From Lama glama (lineage: Eukaryota): a DNA stretch of 64,000 nt. The stretch spans positions 20,460,001-20,524,000 of the forward strand of contig CM052849.1 of the NCBI GenBank assembly GCA_028534125.1, written 5' to 3'. The position numbers and the translations under genes are program-made. The notes beneath the pieces are model-generated. The model worked only from the letters and a program-made list of their open reading frames with translations, was not told where the DNA came from and did no database searches. Positions 32,137 through 43,800 of this stretch are shown here, in pieces. The first letter of the stretch is position 1. Every line of letters begins with the position of its first letter.

Positions 32137-34746
32137 TCGGGAAGGCAGGCGGGGCGGCCCCCGCGTGTCCCGCCGGCCAGCCAGGACGGGGTCGATTTTG
32201 CATACTGAACCGTGGGACCGCGTTACCCGAGAGGTCCGGCAGCTGTAGCACTGGTCCTCCGCCAGCGTCCCCTTTCCGGGGTTATGTGACTGAAAGTGAC
32301 AGTGACAACTTTTCCTAGATTGTTTTACGTTTTAGTTTCTCCTCCAGAGCAACAGTGCTGGGCCTTGAAAGCCATGTAGAATTCCTGTTAGTGCACAGTT
32401 CTGCACATCACAAGTAGCCATCTGGAATGTGCAGTGAGTCATAAAACGGACTTTGTGAAGCTAAAATGTGGTCTTTGACAGCATCTGCCTTTGCTTGGTT
32501 CTTTATACCAAATCAAAAATGCGTCACGGTCCCTGGAGAGGAGAAACTGATGGAGGCAGATCATCTCAGATCAGAGAAAATCAACGTGGCTTCTTCCCGC
32601 GTAAGATGTGGCTTGTTTGGACTTTTAAAGGAGGTATTCAGTGCTGATAGGCATTGAAGCACCTTCGTGACATGGCCCCACGAAGGGGAATGACCTGCGT
32701 TTGAATCTTCATCCCCAAGAGCAGCTGGCCTGGCGTCCCCAGAGTGACCTGTTGCCGGGCGGGCGGGCAGAACCTGGGCCGGCTCCCCATCCCCGCGCAC
32801 CCACTGTGTTTCCCGGATCTCGGATGCACTTGTGTGTGGACTTCGTGCCCTGAGGCAGCTCCAGAGCTGCTTCATGAGGCTCCCGTCCGGGGGTGGTTCG
32901 GGCCGGGTGAGCACTGTTCCGTCGAGGGGCGCTGCCATGGGCGGCGAGGTGGACACTCGGCAAGGGCGGTCCTGCCCGTCCCGCCCCTTTGCTTCCGTGA
33001 CCCGCGGGAGTGAGACGCCTCCTTGTACAGGTGGCTCGTGTGCGAGCCTGCGCAGTATTAGCCACGACAGTGGGCCTGATAACTCCTCACCCAGACTCAG
33101 GCTTCCTGCCTGCCAGGCCCTCCTGTGGGCGGGCGGGCTGCCGCCGGTTCTGAGTGGAGGAAGTGGAGAGCCGTCTGGGCGCTTGGGGCTGCGGGCACAG
33201 GGGAGAACCTGGGTTTGCAGCTGTGTTCCTGTTGTCACTACGGCCGGGTGACAAGCTGCTGTGTGGACTTCGCTGGCCGGTGATGCTTGCTTACCGGGAA
33301 GTTTCCGCCCACCCCCTGCGCTGTCTCCATGCCCCTGGACGATTTCGGTCCAGGAGGTCAGGCTATGTTAGGTCTGTGTGTAGTAAGGGTCAGTTCCGGC
33401 ATACTGAGAGACTTTAAATTCTTAATTTTAGTCAGTCTGTTTCCTCCCCCATCACATCACTTGAACAGACGCTAAGGAAAGGGTTCTGTCCTGTGGTTTT
33501 TGTTTCTCGTCAGTCTGTGTGGTGGTTGATGTCTTAGTGAAGCCAACTGGGCATCTCATTTCTGAGTTCTTGGTGAGAAATTTGGGTAAAAGTAAAAATC
33601 AGGTGTTAGGAGAGGAAAGGACTTAACATTCTGGTTAATTGAACACATCACAACAGAGCGCTGCAGTGGGCTTCCTAACCTGCCCATTGTGGTTGGGCGC
33701 GTGCCGCCGTGGGAAGGCCCGGCATGCGGGGTGGCTCTCTGGGCACCAAGGCAAGTTCCTACTCTTTGTTTTAATCCTCAAATGTGCAGAACTACAGAGG
33801 AGCCCTTTCTGCAGCGTATTTTCACCTGGGCACCCGCTGCTTTCCCTCTTGCCCATCGTGGGTGCTGATGCCTCTCTTCAGACGACGGGGAGACGTGCGT
33901 GCACGTGCAGACTGTCCTAACGTGGGTGCCCGGGAAGAAGTCCTCTGTTAACCTAGAGCCCTAGAAAGGAGTTTAGGAACCTCTCTCAAAAGCTTTCTAA
34001 GAGAACAGAGCTGGGGGGTTCTGAATATTTGCATTGTGGGGCTCCTGCTGTATCGTATTATGTGAGTGAAAGAGTTATTTTCTCCAGTGATTCCCTAACG
34101 CAGAAAATGGAACCGAAAATAGTTTACTTGTATCCCCCAGTAACATCTAGACGTCACCACTGCCCTTGTAGCCTTCGATAGTGTCGTTTAAGTAAGGGCC
34201 CTCCTCCCAGTGTGGTGTTCTCTTGGCCTTCTGTTTTAAAAGTTAAACTGTCCATATTTAAGAATTAAGTGTGAGTTTAGGAAGTGGTTGTCGGGGCTTT
34301 CTCAGATTCTTCTCGTTAGCAGAATCGCATGTTACCTAGCGGGACCCGACCTACTGGGCCCCTCCCCAGTCCCGTGGTGACGGCTGGGGGAATCTGCGGC
34401 TCATAAAACAAGGACTGCAGCCAAGACACCGTCAGCCTGAAACTGGCCACCGTGGAGGCAGTCACCCGGGTTTTCTGTGATTCAGAGATGTTTGTCCCAC
34501 GGAGGCCAGTCTTTGAGGACCCGTGGGCGGGAGTTTGGCTCGCGCGCACGTCACGTCCGATGCCTCCCGGGGCCGAGGCTCCCTTCCCGTCTTCCTGGTG
34601 TTCTGTCGGCCGTTGTAACCGGACAGCTGTCACGTTCTAAGGTATAAACGAGGAAGGCTGGACCTGTAAATACTTTGTAAACATGACCATTTGTACTTGA
34701 ACAGTAGGGTTTTAAAGGGCACTGATACCCCGCCAAACAAAAGGTG

Positions 34747-34752
34747 AATAAA
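34747..34752 (+). terminator. Probable EP400 polyadenylation signal AATAAA (3'UTR ~2.6 kb)
   Basis: AATAAA preceded by three TGTA motifs (34665, 34676, 34692) and followed by a T-rich tract. Confidence 0.65.
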
Positions 34753-37309
34753 TTGACCTTTTTATAAGCTCTTTTTTGTCTTTCATGGAAAACTAGTGTT
34801 CATGTTGAAAGAAGGTGCTGGTTTGTATTTATTTCATTTGCATGAAGAGAAAACAGGACAAAGCCACAAGGGAAACAAGTGGTGTGGGAGGCAGAGGTGT
34901 CTCTGCTGCTCCGCGCAATGGAAGAACTGGAGGGAACGAGGGTTTCTCGAGAAATCAGCGGCTCTCCCTGCAGAGACCACGCCCTCCAAGAGGCCACGCC
35001 CACCGGCCGGGGAGGAGGAAAGACCCGTGCGTCTAGCCTCGGTGCCACCGCTGCTGCCCGGTCCCTGCGTGACTTTTTAACTTCTCTTTCAGCAAAGTCC
35101 TTTTCCTTTTGTTGGGAAGAAAAAGCTCCTGATTACAAGCCACCCCCCCATACTCTATAAAAAGTGGACGCGACACAAAGTTAAGAAGAGCACAGGGAAT
35201 CCGTGGTTGGTTTTGCTGTCTTCCTCCCCGGCGCAGAAGCGGGGGCGCAGGGGCCCCGGCCTGCACCGCCTGCGCTCGGACCCGGCTGGGGGCGTGGCCC
35301 GGGCGTCTGGACTCAGGTGCCCGCCCAGCCATGGGACGGGGGTCCGGCGCTGCCGTCCCGCTCAAGACTCCTTCCCTCCGAGGTCGCCCCTCCCAAGGCG
35401 GTTGAAGCCGGTTGACGGTCAGGAAGCAGCAGCCTCTGGCGTCCGCGCTCAGTCGTGCTTGCTTTCTTCAGGACTGTTCTCGGCAGGGAGGTTGTGCGTT
35501 TTCAGAGCGCCGATCCATGGCTGTGACCCTGCGGTCACATGGCTGTCAGCTGTACACATGGCGGCAGGCCTAGGGGTGGGCTTATCTGGCCACGAGGCTG
35601 TATTTCTGTGCGTCCTAGTCAGGGCTGAGTCGCTCAGGGGAAGTGACCCTGCGGTGCGGCCACATGGCCCCCACCCCCGGCGTGCAGGGGCATCTAAATT
35701 CAGGTGAATGTGAAACCCGCCCTGCGGGCTCTCCCACAGGCCGTCCGACGTGACCAGCCTCCAGGTCTCACTTAGGTTTCTCTCGGCTCTAACCAGGTTC
35801 CGCGGTAGCCCTGCCAGCACCCTCTGCGCTGTCCAGACAGGCTGTGATCCTGGGGCCCTGGGGGAAGAGGGGATCTCGTCCACCACAGGCTCTGGTTGGC
35901 AGCCCTCCCTTGCTCTGCCCACGGTCTGCACCGTCCACGTTCCAAAGCAAACTAGCCTTCAAAGCTCTGTTTTCCTGGACAAGTCAGCACACCTGCGGCC
36001 AGTGGTGCTGGCGTGTCGCTGTTAAGAACAAAGTCGAGCTGTGTAACCTGGGCCGCAAGTCCTCCAGGTGTAGGAGTCGGAAGGCACAGTCCGTGTCTGT
36101 GCGCCTGGATGTGCATGCAATATCCCGAAGGCTGTTGTGGCCGGAGCTGCAGCAGCCGCAGTGAGTGAGGGCGGGCGGCAGGTCCGCGCCGGGGCAGGGG
36201 TAGGGTGTGATGGCGGCGCGGCCCTCTTTGGGATCCTGGCCCCGACGTTGCCCCTGTGATGCCCCCAGCTCCTCCTCAGCCCTCATGGGAGAGTCGCTCG
36301 CCTTGGTGACACCCACCATGGTGACCCTCGCCCAGCCAGCAACCTCTGCCCTGGTGATCATCTCCACAGCCTGGAGCCCCCCAACCCCCCACCCCAGTAC
36401 CCTCCATCCTCATGACGCTCACCCCCACGACCCGGATCCAGGGATCCTCCTCCCAGTGACCCCCGCCCTGCCAGCCCAGGAGGCCGCTGTCCACAGCGCT
36501 GACACCGCTGGTGCCGCTGGTCAGGGTGTGGCGTCCAGGGTTGCAGTGTCTCCCCTTGGGCAACCCTGACGGGAGTCTGTCGAGAGGGACACCACCCCAC
36601 CCCTACCCCTGGAGGCCTTGCCCAGGACAGAAAGCAAGAACTGGGGACACCGTTACACTGAAGACCAAGAATCGCACATTTTAAAAGACAATAATTTGGC
36701 CCAAAAGCTGAGTGAAGATTCCTTCCTCACAGAAAACTGGTTTAGCTACTTAGTTTGCAGAAGGCCCGCTGGCACTGGAGTCTTAGCTTACTTGCAGAGA
36801 TCCAGGCAGGTTGGCTGACCAGTTTCCGGTCCGTCGGACTGGATGAACCATCCCCTGCTCCGTGGGGCCATGTCGGAGAGTGACACGTGCGAGCAGTCCC
36901 GGCGTCTGCAGAACTGAGGGCGTGGAGGACCTCAATACACGGAACTTACTTTCCAACTGCGGTCTTGGGTCTTCAACTTCCCAGGCTTTGTTCGTTGAGT
37001 GGCGACGGCCAACGCCGACAAAATGACAGAGGTATTGCACACATGTTTCTGTAACCTCTGCCAAACTAACAGGTGGTTAGTTTATTTGTAAAAGTCTCTA
37101 CTTAATGTTCACATCGAGGTAATAGACAGAACTTTCTCCTCTGAAGGTAAGCAGCAGACACAGAAAAAGAGGTTTTCTGAGGACAGTGTAGTACAGAGTA
37201 CTCCTGGGCCCGTGGCCGCAAAACTGAAGTGATGATCACGTTAAAACTTAAATGTAAATGATCATCGTTGTAACAGTTTTCATCACAGATGATGAAAAGT
37301 GGTAAAGTG

Positions 37310-37713
37310 TTTTTTTTTTTCAAATTGGAGTAGTCAGTTACAATGTGTCAATTTCTGGCGAACAGCACAATGTCCCAGTCATACATATACATACGTATGT
37401 TCACGTTCATATTTTTTTTTTCATGAGGGTTATTACAAGATACTGAGTATAGTCCCTGTGCTCAACAGAACAAATTTGCTTAATCTATTTTTATATGTCG
37501 TGGCTAACATTTGCAAATCTCAAACTCCCAAGTTTATCCCCTCCCGCCCCCTTTCCCCCAGTAACTGTAAGATTGTCTGTGAGTCTGTTTCTGATTTGTA
37601 GATGAGTTCCTAGTGTCCTCCTTTTTTTCTTTTTAAGATTCCACATGAGTGATATCATATTGCTATTTTTCTTTCTCTTTCTGGCTTACTTCACTTAGAA
37701 TGACCATCTCCAG
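37310..37713 (-). mobile_element. L1 3' end, 5'-truncated
   Basis: Poly(T) followed by L1 3'UTR (gattccacatgagtgatatcat...tttctggcttacttcacttagaatga). Confidence 0.8.
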
Positions 37714-37897
37714 GTAAAAACAGTAGTTTTAATATTTTAAAGTTGATACTGGAATGCGGGGCCCTTGGGAGGTGCTGGGAAGATCGCCCATTTGTTAGGT
37801 GATATTTACATATTTTGAAAGCATTAAAAGAATGCTTTTCAGGAGTGACCCTGAGGACCATGGGGCACTTGCACATTCTGTCAAGAACGAAACATTT

Positions 37898-38186
37898 TAT
37901 TTCTTTAAACTTTTTTATTGAGTTATAGTCATTTTACAACATTGTCAAATTCCAGTGTAGAGCACAATTTTTCAGTTATACATGAACATATATATATTCA
38001 TTGTCACATTTTTTTTCGCTGTGAGCTACCACAGGATCTTATAATTTCCCTGTGCTTTACAGTATAATCTTGTTTATCTATTCTACATTTTGAAATCCCA
38101 GCCTGTCCCTTCCCACCCTGTGCCCCCTTGGCAACCACAAGTTTGTATTCTATGTCTGTGAGTCTGTTTCTGTTTTGCATTTATGT
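37898..38186 (-). mobile_element. L1 3' end, 5'-truncated, with TSD
   Basis: TSD agaacgaaacattt 37884-37897 / agaacaaaacattt 38187-38200; ggcaaccacaagtttgtattctatgtctgtgagtctgtttctg. Confidence 0.85.
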
Positions 38187-38510
38187 AGAACAAAACATTT
38201 CAAAGTGATTCTTGGTCCCCTAAAAGTTTTGGGGACCCCACCACGTGGCAGAGATTGGTGAAGGAATATGGTTGGCGCAGTGTGACGGTGCTGAGGCATT
38301 TTAAGCAGAAGGAAAACCCAGCCCCTGCTAAAGGTCCCGTTTTCCTGGACAAAATCACCACACCTACCTCTGAGGCACAGAGCGATGCTGGTAAGTGGAC
38401 AAAGCAGAGCTGTAAACCTGGAATGGGGAGCTCTCCCCCAGGTGCAGCAGTGAGAAGGCACAGAGGTTCGTTTCATCGCAACTGCCAGAGGTTACATACT
38501 CGTTTCTGGC

Positions 38511-38601
38511 TTTTTTCCCCTTAATGGAGGCACTGGGAATTGAACCCAGGACCTCATTCACGCCGAGTCCCTGCTCTACCACTGAGCTGTGCTCCCCGCC
38601 C
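38511..38601 (-). mobile_element. tRNA-derived SINE, Vic-1 type
   Basis: Minus strand CAGCTCAGTGGTAGAG...GTCCTGGGTTCAATTCCCAG. Confidence 0.8.
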
Positions 38602-38649
38602 TGCTACTGGCTAATTTCTTTGACTTCTTCAGATCTCAAGATAGTCAGG

Positions 38650-39470
38650 AAAACTTTGATTTGCCAAAGTAAATTTTTTTGTACCTTGAAATTGGCATAT
38701 TTTCAAATTAGTTTTTAAATATTATAAAGTACATCCTCATAAGAATTCAAACAACACAGAAAAATAAGAATTCCTTTCTCTCCTGGCCTCCTCAGTCCCA
38801 TTTACCCCACCCCCAACCCCACTTTTTTTCCCTCTTCACTTAGCAATAGGTCTTCAACGTCTACTCAAGTCAGGAGATAGATTTAAAAAAAAAAAAACAC
38901 TATTTTTACAGCTGCATAATTGTCCACAGTGAGCAGATACCGTGTTTATTCGATTATTCCCCACAGACGGGTTTCACTTTGTGCCCGACTTCTGCCGCTG
39001 CGAGTCATGAGCATTTTTACATGTGGTTCCCGGTACTTGCCTTCTGTAGGCTAGATTCCCATTAGTGGGAACTAAATTGGGAGAATGGGTCAGGGGACGT
39101 GTACATTTAAAATCTTAGTCGGTGTTGACAGGGTATTTCCCAGGAAGTTACAGCCGCTTACATTCCTCTCGGCCACGCGCAGGGGCCTCTGCTGTGTGAA
39201 GCTTCGCCAGCCGAGCGAGCCGGTGGCAGGGCTTCCCGCCCCTGCAGAGGCCGCCTGTTCCTCCCCGTTTCCCTGTAAGCTGCTTTCTGACTGGCTGGGA
39301 GGAGCTCTTCGCTGTTAGGGGTGGTGCCCCTCTGAGGCTGTAAGTCACATCCCGCACATACCTTCCCCGACTGTTTTGTGTTTTGACCTTCGTGTTTTCC
39401 TTTGTGGCATCTGGGTTTCCTGTCGTGCTTATCAGGGAAGTTTTCACTCTCCCAGGATTAGAGAAATACT
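38650..39470 (-). mobile_element. Old L1 3' fragments abutting the EP400NL relic
   Basis: L1M-like antisense stretches, ending cccaggattagagaaatactctcct. Confidence 0.5.
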
Positions 39471-39596
39471 CTCCTGCAGCACCTTCGAGGGAATGTGATG
39501 GCTGGCTTAGCTTCTAAGAAACACTCTGCCCCGTTACGAGCTTACCTGAGGCAGAGTGACTGGGCCCTGGAGGAGCCTGAAGCTGTTAACGACGAG
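39471..39596 (+). pseudogene. EP400P1: Relic of EP400NL/EP400P1 (duplicate of the 3' end of the large EP400 N-terminal exon)
   Basis: Translates LLQHLRGNVMAGLASKKHSAPLRAYLRQSDWALEEPEAVNDE|gtaaaa, against recalled EP400 N-terminal [37 protein letters not shown]...EVINDE. Same strand and position as human EP400NL, between EP400 and DDX51. Confidence 0.8.
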
Positions 39597-40812
39597 GTAA
39601 AAGTTCCCGGGCTTCATTACCTGTTGTGGAAGTGGGTGGCATGGCCTATACTTACACAAGTGCACCTCACAGCTGCATCGAGACATTCTCCTTTCACACC
39701 AGAACCACAGTTACAGTAACTTGAGGATGGGTCTGGGACCCACACACAGCTGAGGCCACCCGCACCCATGTGCCAGCGAGGGGGTCGAGCCACTCACTCT
39801 CTGCACCTGCCCTTCCAGTTCTTCCCACACTGTTCCAGGCTGTGCCGCGCAGGGTGGTGGCGCCCAGAGCCCCCTCAGCAGTGCCCCTCGCAGGTAAGTA
39901 CCTGGAGCTGGGAATCCTGAACACGCACATCTCAGCGTCGAACCCTGCCCTGCACTGTCCCTCAGGGCCCCAGGCCTTGGACCCCGGCACGCACCCAGCG
40001 TGCCAGGGCTCGCCCACGTGACGCACACCTGCACCACGCGTCCCCTCGGGTGACAGCCAGCACACAGGACGTGAGGGCCGGTGTGTCGATTGTCACTCTG
40101 CTGACGCAGGTGATGCACCTTCAGGCAGAGACGAAGAACCTCGGTCGACTCCGATTCTACGTGTGTTTTAACGCCAGCACGTGAGTTTCGGAAATGAGGC
40201 TTTCTCACCGACAGTGGTCAGCGCCCTGAAGCTCGTTTTCTGTTCACGTGATGGAGCCCATCTCGCTCCGAGCTTGTCTCCCACGGTGACAAGTCGTGAA
40301 GCAAAGCGTCGGTGACCACAGTGCAGTCCTGATCTGTGACACCTCGTGAGGAACAGTTCCTTCCCGGGTCGGCTGCCCAGGGCCAGCGGGTCCCCAGCTG
40401 GGGCCTGGCAACACCACCTCACACACGGGAGTGGGGCTCATGCCCCGAAGCACGGAACCCAGAGTTACCCCGAGGCCAGCCCCCACCTTTCAGCCAAACA
40501 CACGACAGACGCCATCCAGTCAGTTCTGAGGCAGTTTCAGCTGGTTCACTAAAGCCTCATTTCCAGAAAAGCCCCGAGTGGAGGCTGACCTTGTGCGTCC
40601 TCAACGGTCCCCTGGCGGGTCTGGTGGGGCGATGAACGCACGGGTCCAGGGGTGTGGCTGAGGCGGCGAGCTTGGGGACAGAGCCCTTTCCGAGGAGGAA
40701 TCCCTGTGATTTGCTCCCAAGTCCAGCAGCCAGCATTCAGATGTTTCCAGAAAGGAGGTGGAAACCCCATCAGAAAAGGACGGACCCCTCCAGGTCCACC
40801 CACAGCCCTGGC

Positions 40813-40839
40813 CTAGGCCGCCTTCTGCTTCTGCTCCTC
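40813..40839 (-). CDS. DDX51: DDX51 exon 15, coding part (EEQKQKAA*)
   Basis: cgcag|GAG...GCC TAG. Confidence 0.9.
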   Translation of the reverse strand, partial: EEQKQKAA

Positions 40840-43800
40840 CTGCGGGAGGAGAGGGGGAGGTGGGCACGATGCCCCCCCTGCCCGCCCGCCCCCGCGGGGA
40901 GAGATGCCCAGAGCTCACTCAGAAAGAGGAGTCCTGACCCTGGCACAACCCCCACCCTAGGCCTGGGGCGTCCCCTCCCCGTCCCCTCCCTCCACGGGCA
41001 GTGACACGAGGCAGCCCAGCCCTCACCTTGACCGCCCTCTCCAGCTGGGACAAGGCCTCCTCGTACCGCGGGACCAGCGGCTGCAGGAGCTCGCTGGGGG
41101 TGTCGTGCCGCTGCAGCCCCGGCACCCCGCCTTCGGCCAGCATCCTGAGGAATCGCCTCTCCTGGAGGGGAGCACTCGAGGGGTAGAGGTCCCCGTCCTC
41201 CCCGTGCCCACGGGAGAGCCCCACCCCTGGCCTCCCGCTAAGACCCACGCCACGTGGACTGACCTGCACTTTGAGGAGCAGCGTGAAGGCCTGTCCGGTC
41301 TTCCCAGCGCGGGCGGTTCTGCCGACCCTGAAACCAGGCACAGCCACCTCCAGGACGGTGGCCCCTGGCCCTCTCGAGGCCACCCCACCCAGACCTAGGA
41401 CCAGCCCCCACAGGTGCCCCAGGCCAGCCTCACCGGTGCACGTAGGTCCGCAGGTACTGGGGGGCGTCGTAGTTCAGCACCAGCTGCACACCCTGCACAT
41501 CGATGCCGCGGGCCGTGGCGTCGGTGCTGACGAGGCTGGTGGGACACGAGCGGCTGGAGGCCCCGCCCGGGGCCAGGAGCAAGGCCCCCCACCCCTAGCT
41601 CCCGTGCCGTGGAGTTGGGAGCGCCCTTCAGGAACCCCGAGCAGGGCCCCCGCCCGCCGTCCGGGCACTCACAGCTGAATCTTCCCCTGCTCAAACTGCT
41701 TCAAGATCATCTTCCTCTGACCAGGCCCGTAGCGAGAGGAGAACTCGGCCACGGCCACTCCCCCGAAAGCCTGGACGAGCAGGAACAGCCTGGGCGGGAG
41801 GAGCCAGAGCCGGGTGGGCGAGGCCATCGCCACCTCTGCCTCGGCTCCTGCCCCGCCCTGCGCAGCCAGGCCTCACCTGTGGGCGTTCTCGCGGGAGTTG
41901 GTGAAACAGAGGACCCTTGAGAACTTCATTTCCAGGATCAGGTGCAGGACGACCAGTGGCTTGGAGCGGAGGCTGCAGGGCACGTAGTGATGCTGTGGGG
42001 GACGGCGCGGGGTTGGCCAGGGCCCGGGTGCCGAGATGTGCCCCCTCCCCAGCCCCCCGTGCCCTGCTCACCGCGAGCCCCGCAGGGAAGAGGTACTTCC
42101 CACCCAAGTCCCCATCCACGTCCACGTCAGGGGCTCCAAGGCCCCTGCGCACCGCCCCCGTGGAGAAGAGCCGGGGCTGGAAGAGGCCGAGCTGCTGCAG
42201 CTTTTCAGGGTTCTGGGTCAGGGTGGCCGAGAAGAGCAGTTTCTGCAGTGGCGTCTGGGGACAGCAGATGCTGAAAGAGAGGGGGTGCTGGGGAAGCAGC
42301 CCAGCCAGCCCACCCAGTGTGTGTGTGGGGGGTGTCTCAAAGACGGGGGCAGTGGGAGGGACCTGGGCCCGGGGCTGCTCTCCTGGGTGCGAAGCGTGGC
42401 GCAGGGCCAGGTACCTGGCTGCGGTCACAGCCTGGGGCTGCGTTCTCTGCAGCAGAGCAGAGGGGCCCCTGGTGCCCCCGCTGGGGAAGGCCGCCGCCAC
42501 CACCCGTGGCAGCCAGGACTGGTGCATGCTATCGATCATCCGGTCAGCCTCGTCGATGACCTGCAGGAGACAGGGGACCGAGGTCAGCCTCGGCTCGGGG
42601 CCCGGGCCTCCCTCCCGGCGGGTGACCTACCAGGAAGCGGAGGTGCTGGAGGCTGAATCCCGGGGTTTGGTCGATGTGGTCCACCAGGCGGCCGGGTGTG
42701 GCCACCACGATGTCGGCCAGGCAGCGGAAGCCGTCAGCTCTGTGGAACAGAGAGTGGCTCGGCGGGGCCCCTGCCCTGCGCCCTGCTCCCCACCCCCAGG
42801 GCCAGATGGCCACACTGGCTGCACAGAGTGGGCCACCTCCCAGGAGAGCCCACAGCCCAGCAGGACGTACGTCTTCTGTACCAGGCTCTCCTGCTCCTTG
42901 GCCAGCGACTTCTGCCCGGTGACCAGGGCGACCCGCAGGGAGGTGGCGTCTGTGTAGACGTTGAACACTTTGCTCACCTGGAGGAGAGCAGCCGTCAGCA
43001 GCATGACCGGGGACCCCGCTGCAGCGAGAGCAACCTGGGGCTGACCGCCAGGCGTGGGGCCCACGTACCTGCTGGGCCAGCTCCTTGGTTGGCAGCACGG
43101 CCAGGGCGCGGACCCGGCACACGGCTCGGGGCAGCAGGGCCTGTGGGGGTGAGACAGCCGTGTGAGCAGCAGCAGCTCTGTGCCTGCCAGACCCGCCTGG
43201 CCGGTGAGGGGCCCTCACACTCACCTGCACCACAGGGATGACAAAGGCCAGGGTCTTCCCGCTGCCCGTAGGGGCGGAAACACAGAGGTCGCTGGGCCGG
43301 TAGCCGCCTCTGCTCACCAGGAACCCGCCGGCTGCGCTCTCCAGGAGCGCGGGGATCACCGCTGCCTGGACTGGATGGAGAGGGTGAGGGGCAAGTCACG
43401 TCTGTGCAGATGCCCGGGGCTCACGAGCACAGATATCGGGCTGCCAGCGGCCTCTCTTGGCTCTGGGACTCCAGGCTGGGCGGCTCTTGCTTGAGGCCCC
43501 AGAGCCTCCAGGGCCATCGAGAGGCCCGAGACGCCGACACCGAGCACAGGGGCGGCCTGCCTCTAGAACGAGCCTCCCCTCCCCCGCCCGCCCCTCCCCC
43601 TGCCCAGGCAGGGCACCTGGAAAGTAGGACGAGATGCCCTGTGCCCGCAGCTTCTTCTGCAGGTCCGGGTGCACTTCAGGGATGTCCTCGATAGGCACCA
43701 GGCCTTCCATGATGTTCTTTCCAACGCAGCTCGGTTCAGCCAGCCACACCGGCAGGAACGGCTGGACCTGTCACAGAGGGCGGGAGAAGGAGGCCGGGTG

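Noticed and set aside
36207-36569. Pro/His-rich ORF as another EP400NL remnant
   Set aside because: No recognisable similarity to the EP400 N-terminus; low complexity
38900-40800. DDX51 polyadenylation site
   Set aside because: No convincing canonical signal on the minus strand outside L1-derived sequence; cannot be placed
41917-42957. 346-aa plus-strand ORF, and similar long ORFs at 52020-53015, 60174-61133, 3359-4216 and 1413-2229
   Set aside because: Antisense or off-frame shadows of real exons in stop-poor, GC-rich DNA; low-complexity products without domains
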